64,000 nt of DNA from a virus. Taxonomy: Duplodnaviria; Caudoviricetes. The translations under genes were made by a program, and so were the position numbers. This document shows, in pieces, positions 46,901-54,981 of the stretch. The stretch spans positions 424 to 64,423 of the IMG/VR virus record IMGVR_UViG_3300046517_001709; one strand, given 5' to 3'. Within the stretch, counting starts at the first letter, position 1, and every line of letters starts with the position of its first letter. The notes beneath the pieces were generated by a model. The model searched no databases. It saw only the letters and a program-made list of their open reading frames with translations, and had not been told where the DNA came from.

Positions 46901-47167
46901 GCCAGCGCGAGCGCCGGCCGTGGCCGCCTCGATCTCGGCGCGCAGATGCCCCGGGTCGATCTCCAGCTTCAGCTTCGTCTGCGCGGACGCCGCCTCGGCC
47001 TCGGCCCGGACCTTCTCCCGGAACCCCTCGTCGTTGATCTCCAGGTGCACCGGGGCCGACACGCCGGCAGTCGCGGCCTCGACCTTCGCTCGGACGTCCT
47101 CGGCCAGCCCGGAGTCGTCCGCGACGAGCTCGACGTAGGCCGAACCGACCTTCAAGTCCTCAGCCAC
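43973..47167 (-). CDS. tape measure protein
   Basis: VGSAYVEL N-terminus; Ala/Gln-rich helices; W/F repeats; LAEGG..VGDKGPEL. Confidence 0.92.
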   Translation of the reverse strand: MAEDLKVGSAYVELVADDSGLAEDVRAKVEAATAGVSAPVHLEINDEGFREKVRAEAEAASAQTKLKLEIDPGHLRAEIEAATAGARAGEEAVKIPLEPDDTGLQEKVSRKTKAVKPEPVKVPVEAETEDFETQFRSAMAEADKAGDDAASSLRQSFSSMESGSRSLRAAMADLEPAAENAGSALADTGNKAGSAGSGASSGGQGFMGLSGMMWTAVAAGSALAPVLAALPALLAGAGSAVGTLGLGFSGVIKTLHDYSAASAGAGQSAAQQAQTAFSNALAIQSAEKAIADAKRQAADAAIQSANAIISADQQVASAEHAAAQAAQALAQAKADAANQIADVNNSAADAANGVTDAQLAAQAAQQNYTAVMANSLAPLLAKQQAAQQLKDAEQAVTDATQRSKEATEAATKANAEGANGLPSVVNAQYSYEQAVQGVANALRNQANVQRSTAEQAQQSIAAVRQAEENLSNTYKQQALAAAAAASAGGGMNAFAADMAKLAPAGRELVNQLISMKSGFHELSVTAQTTMLPGFTQMLRDIAPMLGPFNTAVGQMGTVIGGLARQFGGLFSDPAFRGALITVLQEGTGLVQQLGSGFVQMFSGIVQAAAAAGPIVAGLGQGFHDLMASGIPAFFSGLTVNAGGAGQSISGLLGIVSGLLGPIGTLAGAFSGALGPALVTLAPAVAQIATSLVQGLLPVMGPLSDGLKSVATFIANNTAVLTPLIGIVLGAVAATRAYNTVVGLGKTLMDAYRGAIKLFTAESLIAQTATKAWTILQGAFNLIMDANPIFLVVAAIAGLAAGIVYAWTHFSGFRDFLKELWADIRSIFSVFLTFVEGWWSNLMSGFTAGAAMIGTIWNGIKAGTKAAWDLVKSYVIEPIREAWSVASGILDTMVNTVTGLPGKFVATGAHLWDWLGAGLKWAVNGVIKGINVLIDGINSMTSGASDAWTWAGVPPIPPIDKIQLLAEGGIAVRPGWAVVGDKGPELLNMNAGAAVVPLDDRTRAAALGPDGGRAGNSGGIHVHGDIHVSVSAMYDFTNPNAMSATSRKAAVQIRDALRQVEQAYT

Positions 47168-47935
47168 CGGACGTCCCGTGCGAGAAGAGGTCGCCGATGT
47201 CGGACATGCCGATCTCGGCGGCCGTGGCCCCGATCACCCGCGCGCCGGGGGCCGCAGGGAGTGCGTACTGCTGTTGCGGCATGTGGCCCTGTCCTCCCGT
47301 CGGCTCCGGTCGTTCTTGCTGTCGCTGTGCGTTCATCCGTGCGGCCACCGCCCCCGCGTAGGCCTCCAAGCGCGGCGCCAGGAGCAGGAACTGCGCGGCG
47401 GGCATCGACCACATGTCGTCGACCCGGTGCCATGCCGACAGGTCCGAGGCGATGTCCCCGAGGTGGTCAAGGACCCACCCGTAGGCTTCTAGATGGTCCG
47501 CAGCCCACCTTTTGGGCCCCTGGTTGCGGCCCCTTCCACGGCCTCACGCAGCGCCGCGAAGATCCGCTCCAGATCGCCGGGGGTGAGGGCGTCGTAGTTC
47601 ATCAGCGCCATGAAGCCGTCGGGGCCGACGAGCTCTTCGAGTAGGAACGCGTTCGCCTGTGCCTCGCCCTCGTGGCGCACCATCCACAGGAACTTCAGCT
47701 CGACGGACGCGCGCGGATTGATCGGGGCGTAGTACCGGGTGTCGCCGATCGCGAAGATCGGGAACATGTCGGGCGGTGCCACCTCGCGGTCCGGATCCAG
47801 GACGACCGAGGCCCGAGCCTCGACATCCTCCGGAACCGACGCTGAGGGCACCGCTGCTGTCGCCGTGCGGCGCGGAGCCGCAGCGGCCTTCTTCTTCGCC
47901 GGGGGCTTGCGGGTCCCCGCCGTGGTTGCTGCCAT
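47160..47935 (-). CDS. tail assembly chaperones G/GT with programmed -1 frameshift
   Basis: G ORF 47935-47489; in-frame C CCA AAA slippery site at 47510-47516 joins the open -1 frame ending at 47160. Confidence 0.8.
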
Positions 47936-48003
47936 GTCGTGCCTTCCCGAGACCCGGGCGCGTCTGCGTCTGCATCCGCGCCCGGCGTTGTAGACGGAGC
48001 GGA

Positions 48004-48567
48004 TCAGGAGGTCTGGTCGATCCAGCGATAAGGAGTGATCGAGCTGGAGACGTAGTGCGCGTTCCAGGTGACGGCGAGGACGTTCTGCTTGTCCTTGGCG
48101 TACAGGAAGTCGGTCTTCGCGGTGGACAGGCATTTGCGAACGACCGCGCGCCTGTTGAACGCGCCGCCCGGTGCCAAGCCGTCCACGATCAGCGCGATGT
48201 AGTTCGGCTGCGTCGCGGAGTTCGTGATCAGCGGGTCGTAGGAGGCATAGCCCGCGCCGGAGGCCTGCGTGCCGCCGTTGAGGATCAGCACCAGGTTCGC
48301 CAGCGTGGGCTCAGCCAGCGACGTCGTGACCGTCATCTCCCGCTTGGTCAGCCGGCGGCCGACCGAGTCGACGATCTGGTCCACGTCGAGCTCGGAGTAG
48401 GTCTGGTTCACCTCGACGGTCAGGCCGCCCATGGTGCCGCCGGCGTCGGTCCACGCCGACGCGGCCGGGGCCGTGTTCACCGCAGAGTCGGCGGGCTCGG
48501 TCGCGCCGAAGGCGCCGGTGTACAGCTTTCCCGGCCCTTGAACCAAGTTCGTGGTGGTGACGCTCAT
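48004..48567 (-). CDS. major tail protein
   Basis: NLVQGPG.LY.G.FG..EP..G.T.GG..VDQ. Confidence 0.85.
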   Translation of the reverse strand: MSVTTTNLVQGPGKLYTGAFGATEPADSAVNTAPAASAWTDAGGTMGGLTVEVNQTYSELDVDQIVDSVGRRLTKREMTVTTSLAEPTLANLVLILNGGTQASGAGYASYDPLITNSATQPNYIALIVDGLAPGGAFNRRAVVRKCLSTAKTDFLYAKDKQNVLAVTWNAHYVSSSITPYRWIDQTS

Positions 48568-48743
48568 GCTGTGTTCTCCTGGTTGTCGGGACCGGCCGGC
48601 GGGACGGGAACTACGGGCGTTGCGGCGACGGCGACAGGTGCCTGAGGCTCGACCACGAGCAGTCCCAGCCGCGACAGGTCGGTGTACTCGGCGGCGTCGA
48701 CCTCGATCGGGATGCCGGGCCGCATCGTGGTGCGCACGATCAT
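48564..48743 (-). CDS. small hypothetical protein
   Basis: VRTTMRPG..IEV..EY.DL.RLGLL; GGAGG RBS. Confidence 0.65.
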   Translation of the reverse strand: MIVRTTMRPGIPIEVDAAEYTDLSRLGLLVVEPQAPVAVAATPVVPVPPAGPDNQENTA

Positions 48744-48961
48744 CGGAAGTCCTCCTTCGCCAGGGGGAACCGCACGGCCGCCATCTGCGGGTGCCGCGAC
48801 CATGGCATCGTCTGCTCGGCCGGGACGTGCGCCGGGACCTCGACGACGCGCTGGTCGACGAGCAGCCACTCCAACTCGGCCCGGTCCGGATGGACGAGGA
48901 TCCGGCCGCCCAGAGACAGCAGCTCGCCCGAGGACGGTCCGACGACGGCGTAGCGCTTCAC
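48740..48961 (-). CDS. small hypothetical protein
   Basis: Coupled overlaps. Confidence 0.6.
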   Translation of the reverse strand: MKRYAVVGPSSGELLSLGGRILVHPDRAELEWLLVDQRVVEVPAHVPAEQTMPWSRHPQMAAVRFPLAKEDFR

Positions 48962-49431
48962 GGGACGGTCACCTCCGTCCAGTGCATCGCCAGGTTGATC
49001 AGGTACCGGCCGTAGTCGGCCTCGTCGCCGTACACCCGCCGCGGCTCGGTCAAGAGGTACGCCGACTTCACCCGGGCCTGGGCGTAGCCGGCGCGCAGCG
49101 TCAGCGCACCCTGGAAGTTGGACTCCTCCAGGCACGCCCAGCGGATCGCCTCGGCCAGGGCGTTGGCCTTGGCGTACGGCGGCAGGTCCGATCCGGACTG
49201 CGCGGCCCAGCAGTCAATCTGGATGACCGGGGAGGCCAGCGGCACGTACATCTCCGGCGTGCCGCCGACGCCGGAGGTGGCCTGCACGAATCCGGTCGAC
49301 GCCCACCCGATCGTGCCGTCCGCATCGGGCCGCGGCAGGATCGACCCGACCATCGCCGGGGAGAAGCCGGGCAGCGAGCCGAGCCAGGCGACCGCGACGA
49401 GGTCGGTGGTGGCGTGCTGGAGAGTCGTCAC
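48958..49431 (-). CDS. tail terminator-like protein
   Basis: PVIQIDCWA; position before major tail. Confidence 0.7.
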   Translation of the reverse strand: MTTLQHATTDLVAVAWLGSLPGFSPAMVGSILPRPDADGTIGWASTGFVQATSGVGGTPEMYVPLASPVIQIDCWAAQSGSDLPPYAKANALAEAIRWACLEESNFQGALTLRAGYAQARVKSAYLLTEPRRVYGDEADYGRYLINLAMHWTEVTVP

Positions 49432-49982
49432 GTCTTGCCACCGCCAGTCGCACGGCGCCGTGAGGCACGGGGGGCTGGGGGCTGCACGGCTGCATCCGGC
49501 GCCATGTCCATCAGCTCCGGGCCGCGCTCGCCGCCCACCTCGACCGCGGACACAGGAAGGCCCACGGCCGCGATGAGCGTGGCGAGCTGCTTGCTCTGCT
49601 CGGCGTGCTGCATACGCAGCGCCGCGAACTCCGCCGTGAGGGTCGCGAGCATCTCCTGGGAGGCGCAGTCCGCCTCGTAGTCGTGCTGCGCCAGCTCGGA
49701 GGACACCTGGTCAGATCGCTTGGCCGCGATCAGCAGGATCGCCCCCTGAAGCGCCGCGACGCACGACAGGACCAGGTTCAGCAGGATGAACGGGTACCGG
49801 TCGAACGCGCCCCCGTGCGCCGCCAGGAGCGCGTTCGCGGTCATCCAGACGGCCAGGAACGCCAGGGACCCGAACACGAAGGCCCAGGATCCGAGTCCGT
49901 TCCGCATCCGGTCCGCGGCCCGCTCGCCGCGCGTCAGCTCCTGCCCGGAGCGGACCTTCGGGTGGAAGTGCCAGCCGGTCAT
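49428..49982 (-). CDS. DUF1003-family membrane protein
   Basis: TRGERAAD....GSWAFV..FDRYPFILLNLVLSCVAALQGAILL. Confidence 0.85.
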   Translation of the reverse strand: MTGWHFHPKVRSGQELTRGERAADRMRNGLGSWAFVFGSLAFLAVWMTANALLAAHGGAFDRYPFILLNLVLSCVAALQGAILLIAAKRSDQVSSELAQHDYEADCASQEMLATLTAEFAALRMQHAEQSKQLATLIAAVGLPVSAVEVGGERGPELMDMAPDAAVQPPAPRASRRRATGGGKT

Positions 49983-50299
49983 GAGCGCCTCCGCCACAGG
50001 CTGGGTCGCAGATAGGGCTGAGGCGCCATGTGCCGGGTGCCTTCCTCGACGTAGCCGGCGTAGGTGTAGTCGAGGTCGCCGCCGTTGCGGTCCTCGGCTT
50101 TGGCGTCGGCGTGGATCTGCACGGCCATGCCGTCTTCGCGCATCACCACGTGGATCGAGCCCTTGAGCTTCCCGGTGTCGACCGGGCACGCGGCGCGGGC
50201 GTCGTCGGCGATCGCAGGGCCGAGACGGTTCTCCAGCAGGTCCCTGATCGCAGGCCGCAGCTGCGCCGTCCAGCCCGCGACCATCTCCACGCGCGCCAT
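49979..50299 (-). CDS. HK97 gp10-like tail completion protein
   Basis: PVDTGKLKGSI..YAGYVEEGT..MAPQPYLRP. Confidence 0.9.
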   Translation of the reverse strand: MARVEMVAGWTAQLRPAIRDLLENRLGPAIADDARAACPVDTGKLKGSIHVVMREDGMAVQIHADAKAEDRNGGDLDYTYAGYVEEGTRHMAPQPYLRPSLWRRRS

Positions 50300-50634
50300 C
50301 AGGTGGCCCTGCGCAGTTCGAGCGACTGGTCGGAGGTGATGCCGGGCAGCGCCTGCTGGCTGACGGAGACGATCACGTAGATCTGGCCGGTGCGCTCGTC
50401 CTTGAGCCGGTCGTGGTCGGTGACATCGACGTTCGAGCCGATGAGGCCGTCGTAAACGCGGGTGATGCGCGGCGTCGGGTTGCCGGGCGTGGTGACCTTC
50501 GTCTGTGGCTGCTCGACGATCGAGGCCGGAATCCCGCTGGCGATCACGGTCATGGTGGCCGTGGCGTCGCCGTAGACGGGATCGATGGACGTGCCGCGCA
50601 GAACGGACACAGTGCACGTGGCGACGGCATACAC
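50299..50634 (-). CDS. head closure / stopper protein
   Basis: Position; D.VYGD and DRLKDERTG. Confidence 0.7.
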   Translation of the reverse strand: MYAVATCTVSVLRGTSIDPVYGDATATMTVIASGIPASIVEQPQTKVTTPGNPTPRITRVYDGLIGSNVDVTDHDRLKDERTGQIYVIVSVSQQALPGITSDQSLELRRAT

Positions 50635-51075
50635 CTAGATCGGACCCCACATCTCATATGCGTCGTTACCGGCGCTATCGGGGTCGGAGCTGATCGGAGT
50701 CAGACCGTCTGTGAACGGCGACCTGATGTGAAGCGACCGCGACCGCAGCCACGAACAGCGCTTCAGGGCCTTCGCGGCCAGCGGCGCCAGGCGCAGCGAG
50801 TCATCCTTCAGCTGCACGGGCCGCGAGCCCATGGTGATGGTCGCGAAGTCCAGGCGGGAGAACATGTCCGGCTGGTCGAGCATCCACCGGGCCTGGTAGA
50901 CGACCGCGAGCTTCAGCCAGTACACGTCCCGGGCGCCGATCCGCGGCAGCGCATCGTAAGTGCGGGCCGAGAACATGTCGATGATCGCCTGGGCCTGCGT
51001 CACCTGGGCGTCCGTCACCGTCGTGCCGGTGAGTGCGGCGACGTCGGCGGCCTGGGCCCAGGATGCGGTGGCCAT
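50635..51075 (-). CDS. head-to-tail adaptor
   Basis: WA...DV..LTG..AQ..I; LKLAV.YQA.W; LAPLA. Confidence 0.75.
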   Translation of the reverse strand: MATASWAQAADVAALTGTTVTDAQVTQAQAIIDMFSARTYDALPRIGARDVYWLKLAVVYQARWMLDQPDMFSRLDFATITMGSRPVQLKDDSLRLAPLAAKALKRCSWLRSRSLHIRSPFTDGLTPISSDPDSAGNDAYEMWGPI

Positions 51076-51076
51076 G

Positions 51077-51367
51077 TCAGCTCTTCTTGCTCTTCAGGCC
51101 GGTGACGTTGATCGACGGGTACTTCTTCGCGACGGCCTTCTGGACCGCCGCCTTCTGCGCCGGCGTGCCGTTCTGCGCCACCCGAGAAAGGGCATTTCGG
51201 GCATGAGCGGCGTCGTCGATGCGGTACTGCTTGCCGGGCAGCGCGAAGCTGGAGTCCGACATCTTCGCCCGGCCGCCCTTCGTGTTCCGCTTCGCGTTGG
51301 CCGCCGCGGGAAGCTTCGACGCCCTCGACTTCGAACCGCCGCCACCCCTGGATGCCTTGGCCGCCAT
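51077..51367 (-). CDS. small basic DUF6582-like protein
   Basis: SSFALPG.QY.IDD.AHARNALSRV.Q; Lys/Arg-rich. Confidence 0.7.
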   Translation of the reverse strand: MAAKASRGGGGSKSRASKLPAAANAKRNTKGGRAKMSDSSFALPGKQYRIDDAAHARNALSRVAQNGTPAQKAAVQKAVAKKYPSINVTGLKSKKS

Positions 51368-51370
51368 CCC

Positions 51371-51817
51371 TCAGCCCTCCTTGCGCGCGGCCGCGGCGGC
51401 CAGTGCGACGTCGTTCGGCGTGAGCGTCGAGGCCGCATCGGTGTCGACGACCGCCGGAACGACGTCGACCTCATACGTCAGGGCTGTGCGCTGCGACCGG
51501 GGCTCGTCGTGCTCGACAGCGTCAACCAGGTGCACATCGCCCTTGGGGTGCAGGCCGCGGCGGATCGCGTCGCCCAGCACCTCGGCCGCGTTCGCCAAAT
51601 GCGCCGGGTGGTCGTGGCGTCCGAAGCCGAGGCCGCCGAGGTGGAACACCTTGCGGAACCGGCCCGGCTCGTCGCTCGGGTCGGCGGTGCGGTGGTCGAT
51701 CTCGCCCTGGACGTCGCCGTCGAGAGCCGGGTGCTGCACGCGTGCGCTCTCGACCGGGAGCTGCGGCAGCTCCGGTGAGGTGTCGATGTCGTCGATGGTG
51801 CTGGTGGCCTTGGCCAT
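51371..51817 (-). CDS. hypothetical head-region protein
   Basis: GGAG RBS; follows capsid gene. Confidence 0.7.
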   Translation of the reverse strand: MAKATSTIDDIDTSPELPQLPVESARVQHPALDGDVQGEIDHRTADPSDEPGRFRKVFHLGGLGFGRHDHPAHLANAAEVLGDAIRRGLHPKGDVHLVDAVEHDEPRSQRTALTYEVDVVPAVVDTDAASTLTPNDVALAAAAARKEG

Positions 51818-51842
51818 GGGGTCTCCGTAGTGGTCCGCGGGT

Positions 51843-51903
51843 GACGGGCGCGCAGGCTCGGGATCCTGGGCGCCCGTCGTGACCGGCGCTCGGGTGCCGG
51901 TCA
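51843..51903 (-). terminator. hairpins downstream of capsid gene
   Basis: GACGGGCGC/GCGCCCGTC and TGACCGGC/GCCGGTCA stems. Confidence 0.45.
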
Positions 51904-52992
51904 GCTACCGGAGTTGTCCTCCAAGATCGCGACCGATTGCTCGACGCCGAGGGCGAAACCGCGGCGGGCGCGCATCTTGAGGATCGACTCGTCGGTCAGG
52001 GCCGAGAGGCCGTTGCGGCCGTCGATGTACACCGACTCCGGGCCGGAGCGGATGCCCAGCAGCAGGTAGCTCGGGACAGTGAGCATCGCCAGCGGGTTGC
52101 CGGTCGGCTTGGCCGTCGGCGCCGCCGACGTCTTCGCGCCCAGGGACCACTTCACCGGGTAGCCCATGATGTAGTCCGGGACGTTCTGCGCGCCGCCCGC
52201 GGTGCCGTTGGACGACTCGTTGAAGATCGGACGGCCGTTGCCGTCCTTGATGCCGCGCAGCTTCTTCTTGAAGTTCGGGTGGCAGATCCACAGGGCGCTG
52301 GCCTCGTCCCAGTAGTCGCCGGACTCGACGTTGCCGGCCACCGTGGACAGCAGGTCGTAGGTGGTGCCGCCGGTACCGGTCTGGGTGAGGTTGGTGTTGG
52401 CGGTGTAGCCGGTGTTCGAGTCGGTCTGCGTCAGCGCGTAGTACACCGAGTCGAAGGCGCAGCCCGAAGTGGCCTTCGCGGCGGTGACGGCCAGACAGGC
52501 GTTGTCCAGGCCCTTGGCGTAGGCGGTGCCCCAGTCCGTCATCTTCGTGGCGAGGATGTCGGCCAGGGAGTCGTCGATGTCCTCCTCGGCGACGCGGATG
52601 GCCTTGCCGAACTTCTGGACCGCCAGCACGACCTCGTCGTTGACGGTGACGTCCTCGCCGTAGGTACCGCCCTTGGCGATGATGTCGACGCCGACGCCGC
52701 CGGACCGCGGCGTGGACCGGGTCTGGGTCTTCATCGGGATCCGCTGGGCGAAGGACTCGACCGCGGAGATCTGCATGACCTTCTGGATGACGTCGGACCC
52801 GAACTCCTCCGGGATCCAGTGGTCGAAGTTGTCGCGGGCGCCACCGGCCGCCAGGAGGATCGGCGAGCCGTCGCGGCGGAAGCCGATGACGTCGCCCGGG
52901 TCGTGGTCCGGGACGCGGGGATCGAACAGGGTGCGGTTGCGGAGAGGGGACACGCCGGGTGCCTTGTCTGTGATGGGTGGGCTGGGTGTCAC
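51901..52992 (-). CDS. major capsid protein (HK97 fold)
   Basis: WIPEE, LRGIKDGNGRPIF, IMGYPV; position after scaffold. Confidence 0.92.
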   Translation of the reverse strand: MTPSPPITDKAPGVSPLRNRTLFDPRVPDHDPGDVIGFRRDGSPILLAAGGARDNFDHWIPEEFGSDVIQKVMQISAVESFAQRIPMKTQTRSTPRSGGVGVDIIAKGGTYGEDVTVNDEVVLAVQKFGKAIRVAEEDIDDSLADILATKMTDWGTAYAKGLDNACLAVTAAKATSGCAFDSVYYALTQTDSNTGYTANTNLTQTGTGGTTYDLLSTVAGNVESGDYWDEASALWICHPNFKKKLRGIKDGNGRPIFNESSNGTAGGAQNVPDYIMGYPVKWSLGAKTSAAPTAKPTGNPLAMLTVPSYLLLGIRSGPESVYIDGRNGLSALTDESILKMRARRGFALGVEQSVAILEDNSGS

Positions 52993-53135
52993 CTGCGCCC
53001 CATCACGGGCACGCGGGCCGATGAACTAGACCGGTCACCGGTTTCGTGCATCCGCGGCGCCTCACGCGCATCGCGGACTTTGATCGGAAGATACGCCGCG
53101 CGGCTGGCGTTAGTCAGTCCGCGCGGCGTCCGGGC

Positions 53136-53879
53136 TCAGCTTCGATTGCCCAGGGCCGCGGCAGCATGCTGCTCCGCGGCGGACTTCGGCTTCGGCTGCT
53201 CGTTCTTACGCCCGGCGGCGTCGATCCGTGGGGCGCGGACCTTCTGCACGGGCGGCTCCGGCTCGGGCTTGGCGAACAGCGCCGGGATCGCGTCCTTGAT
53301 CTGGTCGATCTGATCCTCCAGGCCGGACACGCCGTCCTCGTCGACGTCCACGTCCGCCATGTCGATCATCTTCAGGAGCTTCTTCAGGGTGGCTGTGCCG
53401 GTGTCCGGGCTCAGGCCCGCAGCGAACAGCGCGGCTCTGGCAGCCTCGTTGACGACCATCGGCTTGAAGCGGCTCTCGGCGGCGGCGACCGCGTCCTCGA
53501 CGGCCTTCGCTGCGGCCTCGTCGCCTGCGGCCGACGGCGCGGTGCCCTTCTGCGCGGCCCGCAGCTGGGCGGTGAGGTCGCGGACCTTCCCGCGGGCCTC
53601 CTTGGCCGCCGTGCGCTCCTTCTCCAGCGCACCCAGGGCCCGGTCCAGATCGGCCTGGGTGACGACCTTCGCCGCGGGCTTCGGCTTCTCCTCTTCGAGG
53701 TCATCCGGCTCCTCGTCGTCCTCGTCGGCAGCGCGCCCAGCGGGGACGCCGTCGCCTTCGAGGTCGATGCCGGTGTCGCCGTCGTCATCATCCGACGCCC
53801 CGCCGGCGAACAGGTGGATGGGGCTTCCGTCGTTGCGGTGGCCGATGACCGTCCACGGCCTGGTGGTCCCGAGCGCCAT
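53136..53879 (-). CDS. capsid scaffolding protein
   Basis: Acidic N-terminus; coiled coil ALEKER; P.LF near the C-terminus; precedes capsid. Confidence 0.8.
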   Translation of the reverse strand: MALGTTRPWTVIGHRNDGSPIHLFAGGASDDDDGDTGIDLEGDGVPAGRAADEDDEEPDDLEEEKPKPAAKVVTQADLDRALGALEKERTAAKEARGKVRDLTAQLRAAQKGTAPSAAGDEAAAKAVEDAVAAAESRFKPMVVNEAARAALFAAGLSPDTGTATLKKLLKMIDMADVDVDEDGVSGLEDQIDQIKDAIPALFAKPEPEPPVQKVRAPRIDAAGRKNEQPKPKSAAEQHAAAALGNRS

Positions 53880-53907
53880 GCGCGTGCCTTTCTCTTCTTG
53901 GTGGTAT

Positions 53908-54981
53908 TCAGGGCTTGGTCTTGGCCGCGGGCCTGCTGTAGTGCGGCACAGTGCGGGTGGGGAACCGTCCGGCGGTCACGGCGCGGCGGCTGTAGGCCTT
54001 CACCGATGCGGGCGCAGCCGGGTTGCGGGCCAGCGCCTTGCGGGCGGCGCGGATCCGTTCGGCGCCGGATTCGGACGGCAGCGACCAGCCCTTGAGGATC
54101 GAGCGCTGCGCTTCGCGCTGGAGCGCCTCGGGCAGCGACGGGCCGGTCGCGCCCGGTGCGACGCCCAGCCACACCACGCACTCACACCGGCACGAAGGAT
54201 GAGCCGGCGGATGTTCGACAGGACCCGCGGGCCACAGGTGCGGCTTGTCGGTGAAGATGGAGGCAAACGCGATGTCGAATGGCTGTCCGGCCGCTGCGAT
54301 GCGCCCGGCGAACCCTTGGCAGGTGACGCACGCATCCGGCTCGGCCAGCCAAAGCATGTCGGCGCCCAGTGCTTCGGCGACGGCGGCGCGGCCCGCGTTC
54401 GCACCGCCCTGGATCGCGGTAGTGGTGTCGCGCTCGGCGGCGGCGGTGGCCCGCCGGGCTTTGCCCAGAGCGGCATCGACGTCGGCGAAACTGCCCGTTC
54501 CAGCCTGCCCTAGGGCGTTCTCGGCGCTGCCGAGCTGGTCCCGCACGGCTTGTTCGAGACCCGCGGCAATGCGGGCCGTCGCATCGTCAACAACAGGCGC
54601 GACATCGTCAACTGTCAGAGCGGCGCCGGTCGCGCGGATGGCCTGGCCGGCGCCGAGGTTCAGGGCGCGGTCGGTGTAGCCGCCGAGCGCGATGGCCGAG
54701 GAGGTGTCGATGCGGGCGAGGCGCCCGCGCAGGTCCGTGACGATCGCCGCAGCGCGGATCGGGTCACCGGGCGCGGTTGTACTGCCGAAGGTGCCGATCC
54801 AGGCCTTCACGGCGGCACGCTGCACGGCCACCAGCTGCAGGCGCAGCGGCCAGGTGACGGCTTTGACGGCGGCGCGTTCGAGGATCAGGAGCTCGGCGGC
54901 ACGCAGCGCCTGCTGTGCCAGAGCGGCCTGTATCGCTGCGGACTGCGGCGCCGGTGCGGTATCAGCGGTCTGTACGGTCAT
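53908..54981 (-). CDS. MuF-like minor head protein
   Basis: W.AEPDAC..C..PPAHPSCRC. Confidence 0.8.
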   Translation of the reverse strand: MTVQTADTAPAPQSAAIQAALAQQALRAAELLILERAAVKAVTWPLRLQLVAVQRAAVKAWIGTFGSTTAPGDPIRAAAIVTDLRGRLARIDTSSAIALGGYTDRALNLGAGQAIRATGAALTVDDVAPVVDDATARIAAGLEQAVRDQLGSAENALGQAGTGSFADVDAALGKARRATAAAERDTTTAIQGGANAGRAAVAEALGADMLWLAEPDACVTCQGFAGRIAAAGQPFDIAFASIFTDKPHLWPAGPVEHPPAHPSCRCECVVWLGVAPGATGPSLPEALQREAQRSILKGWSLPSESGAERIRAARKALARNPAAPASVKAYSRRAVTAGRFPTRTVPHYSRPAAKTKP

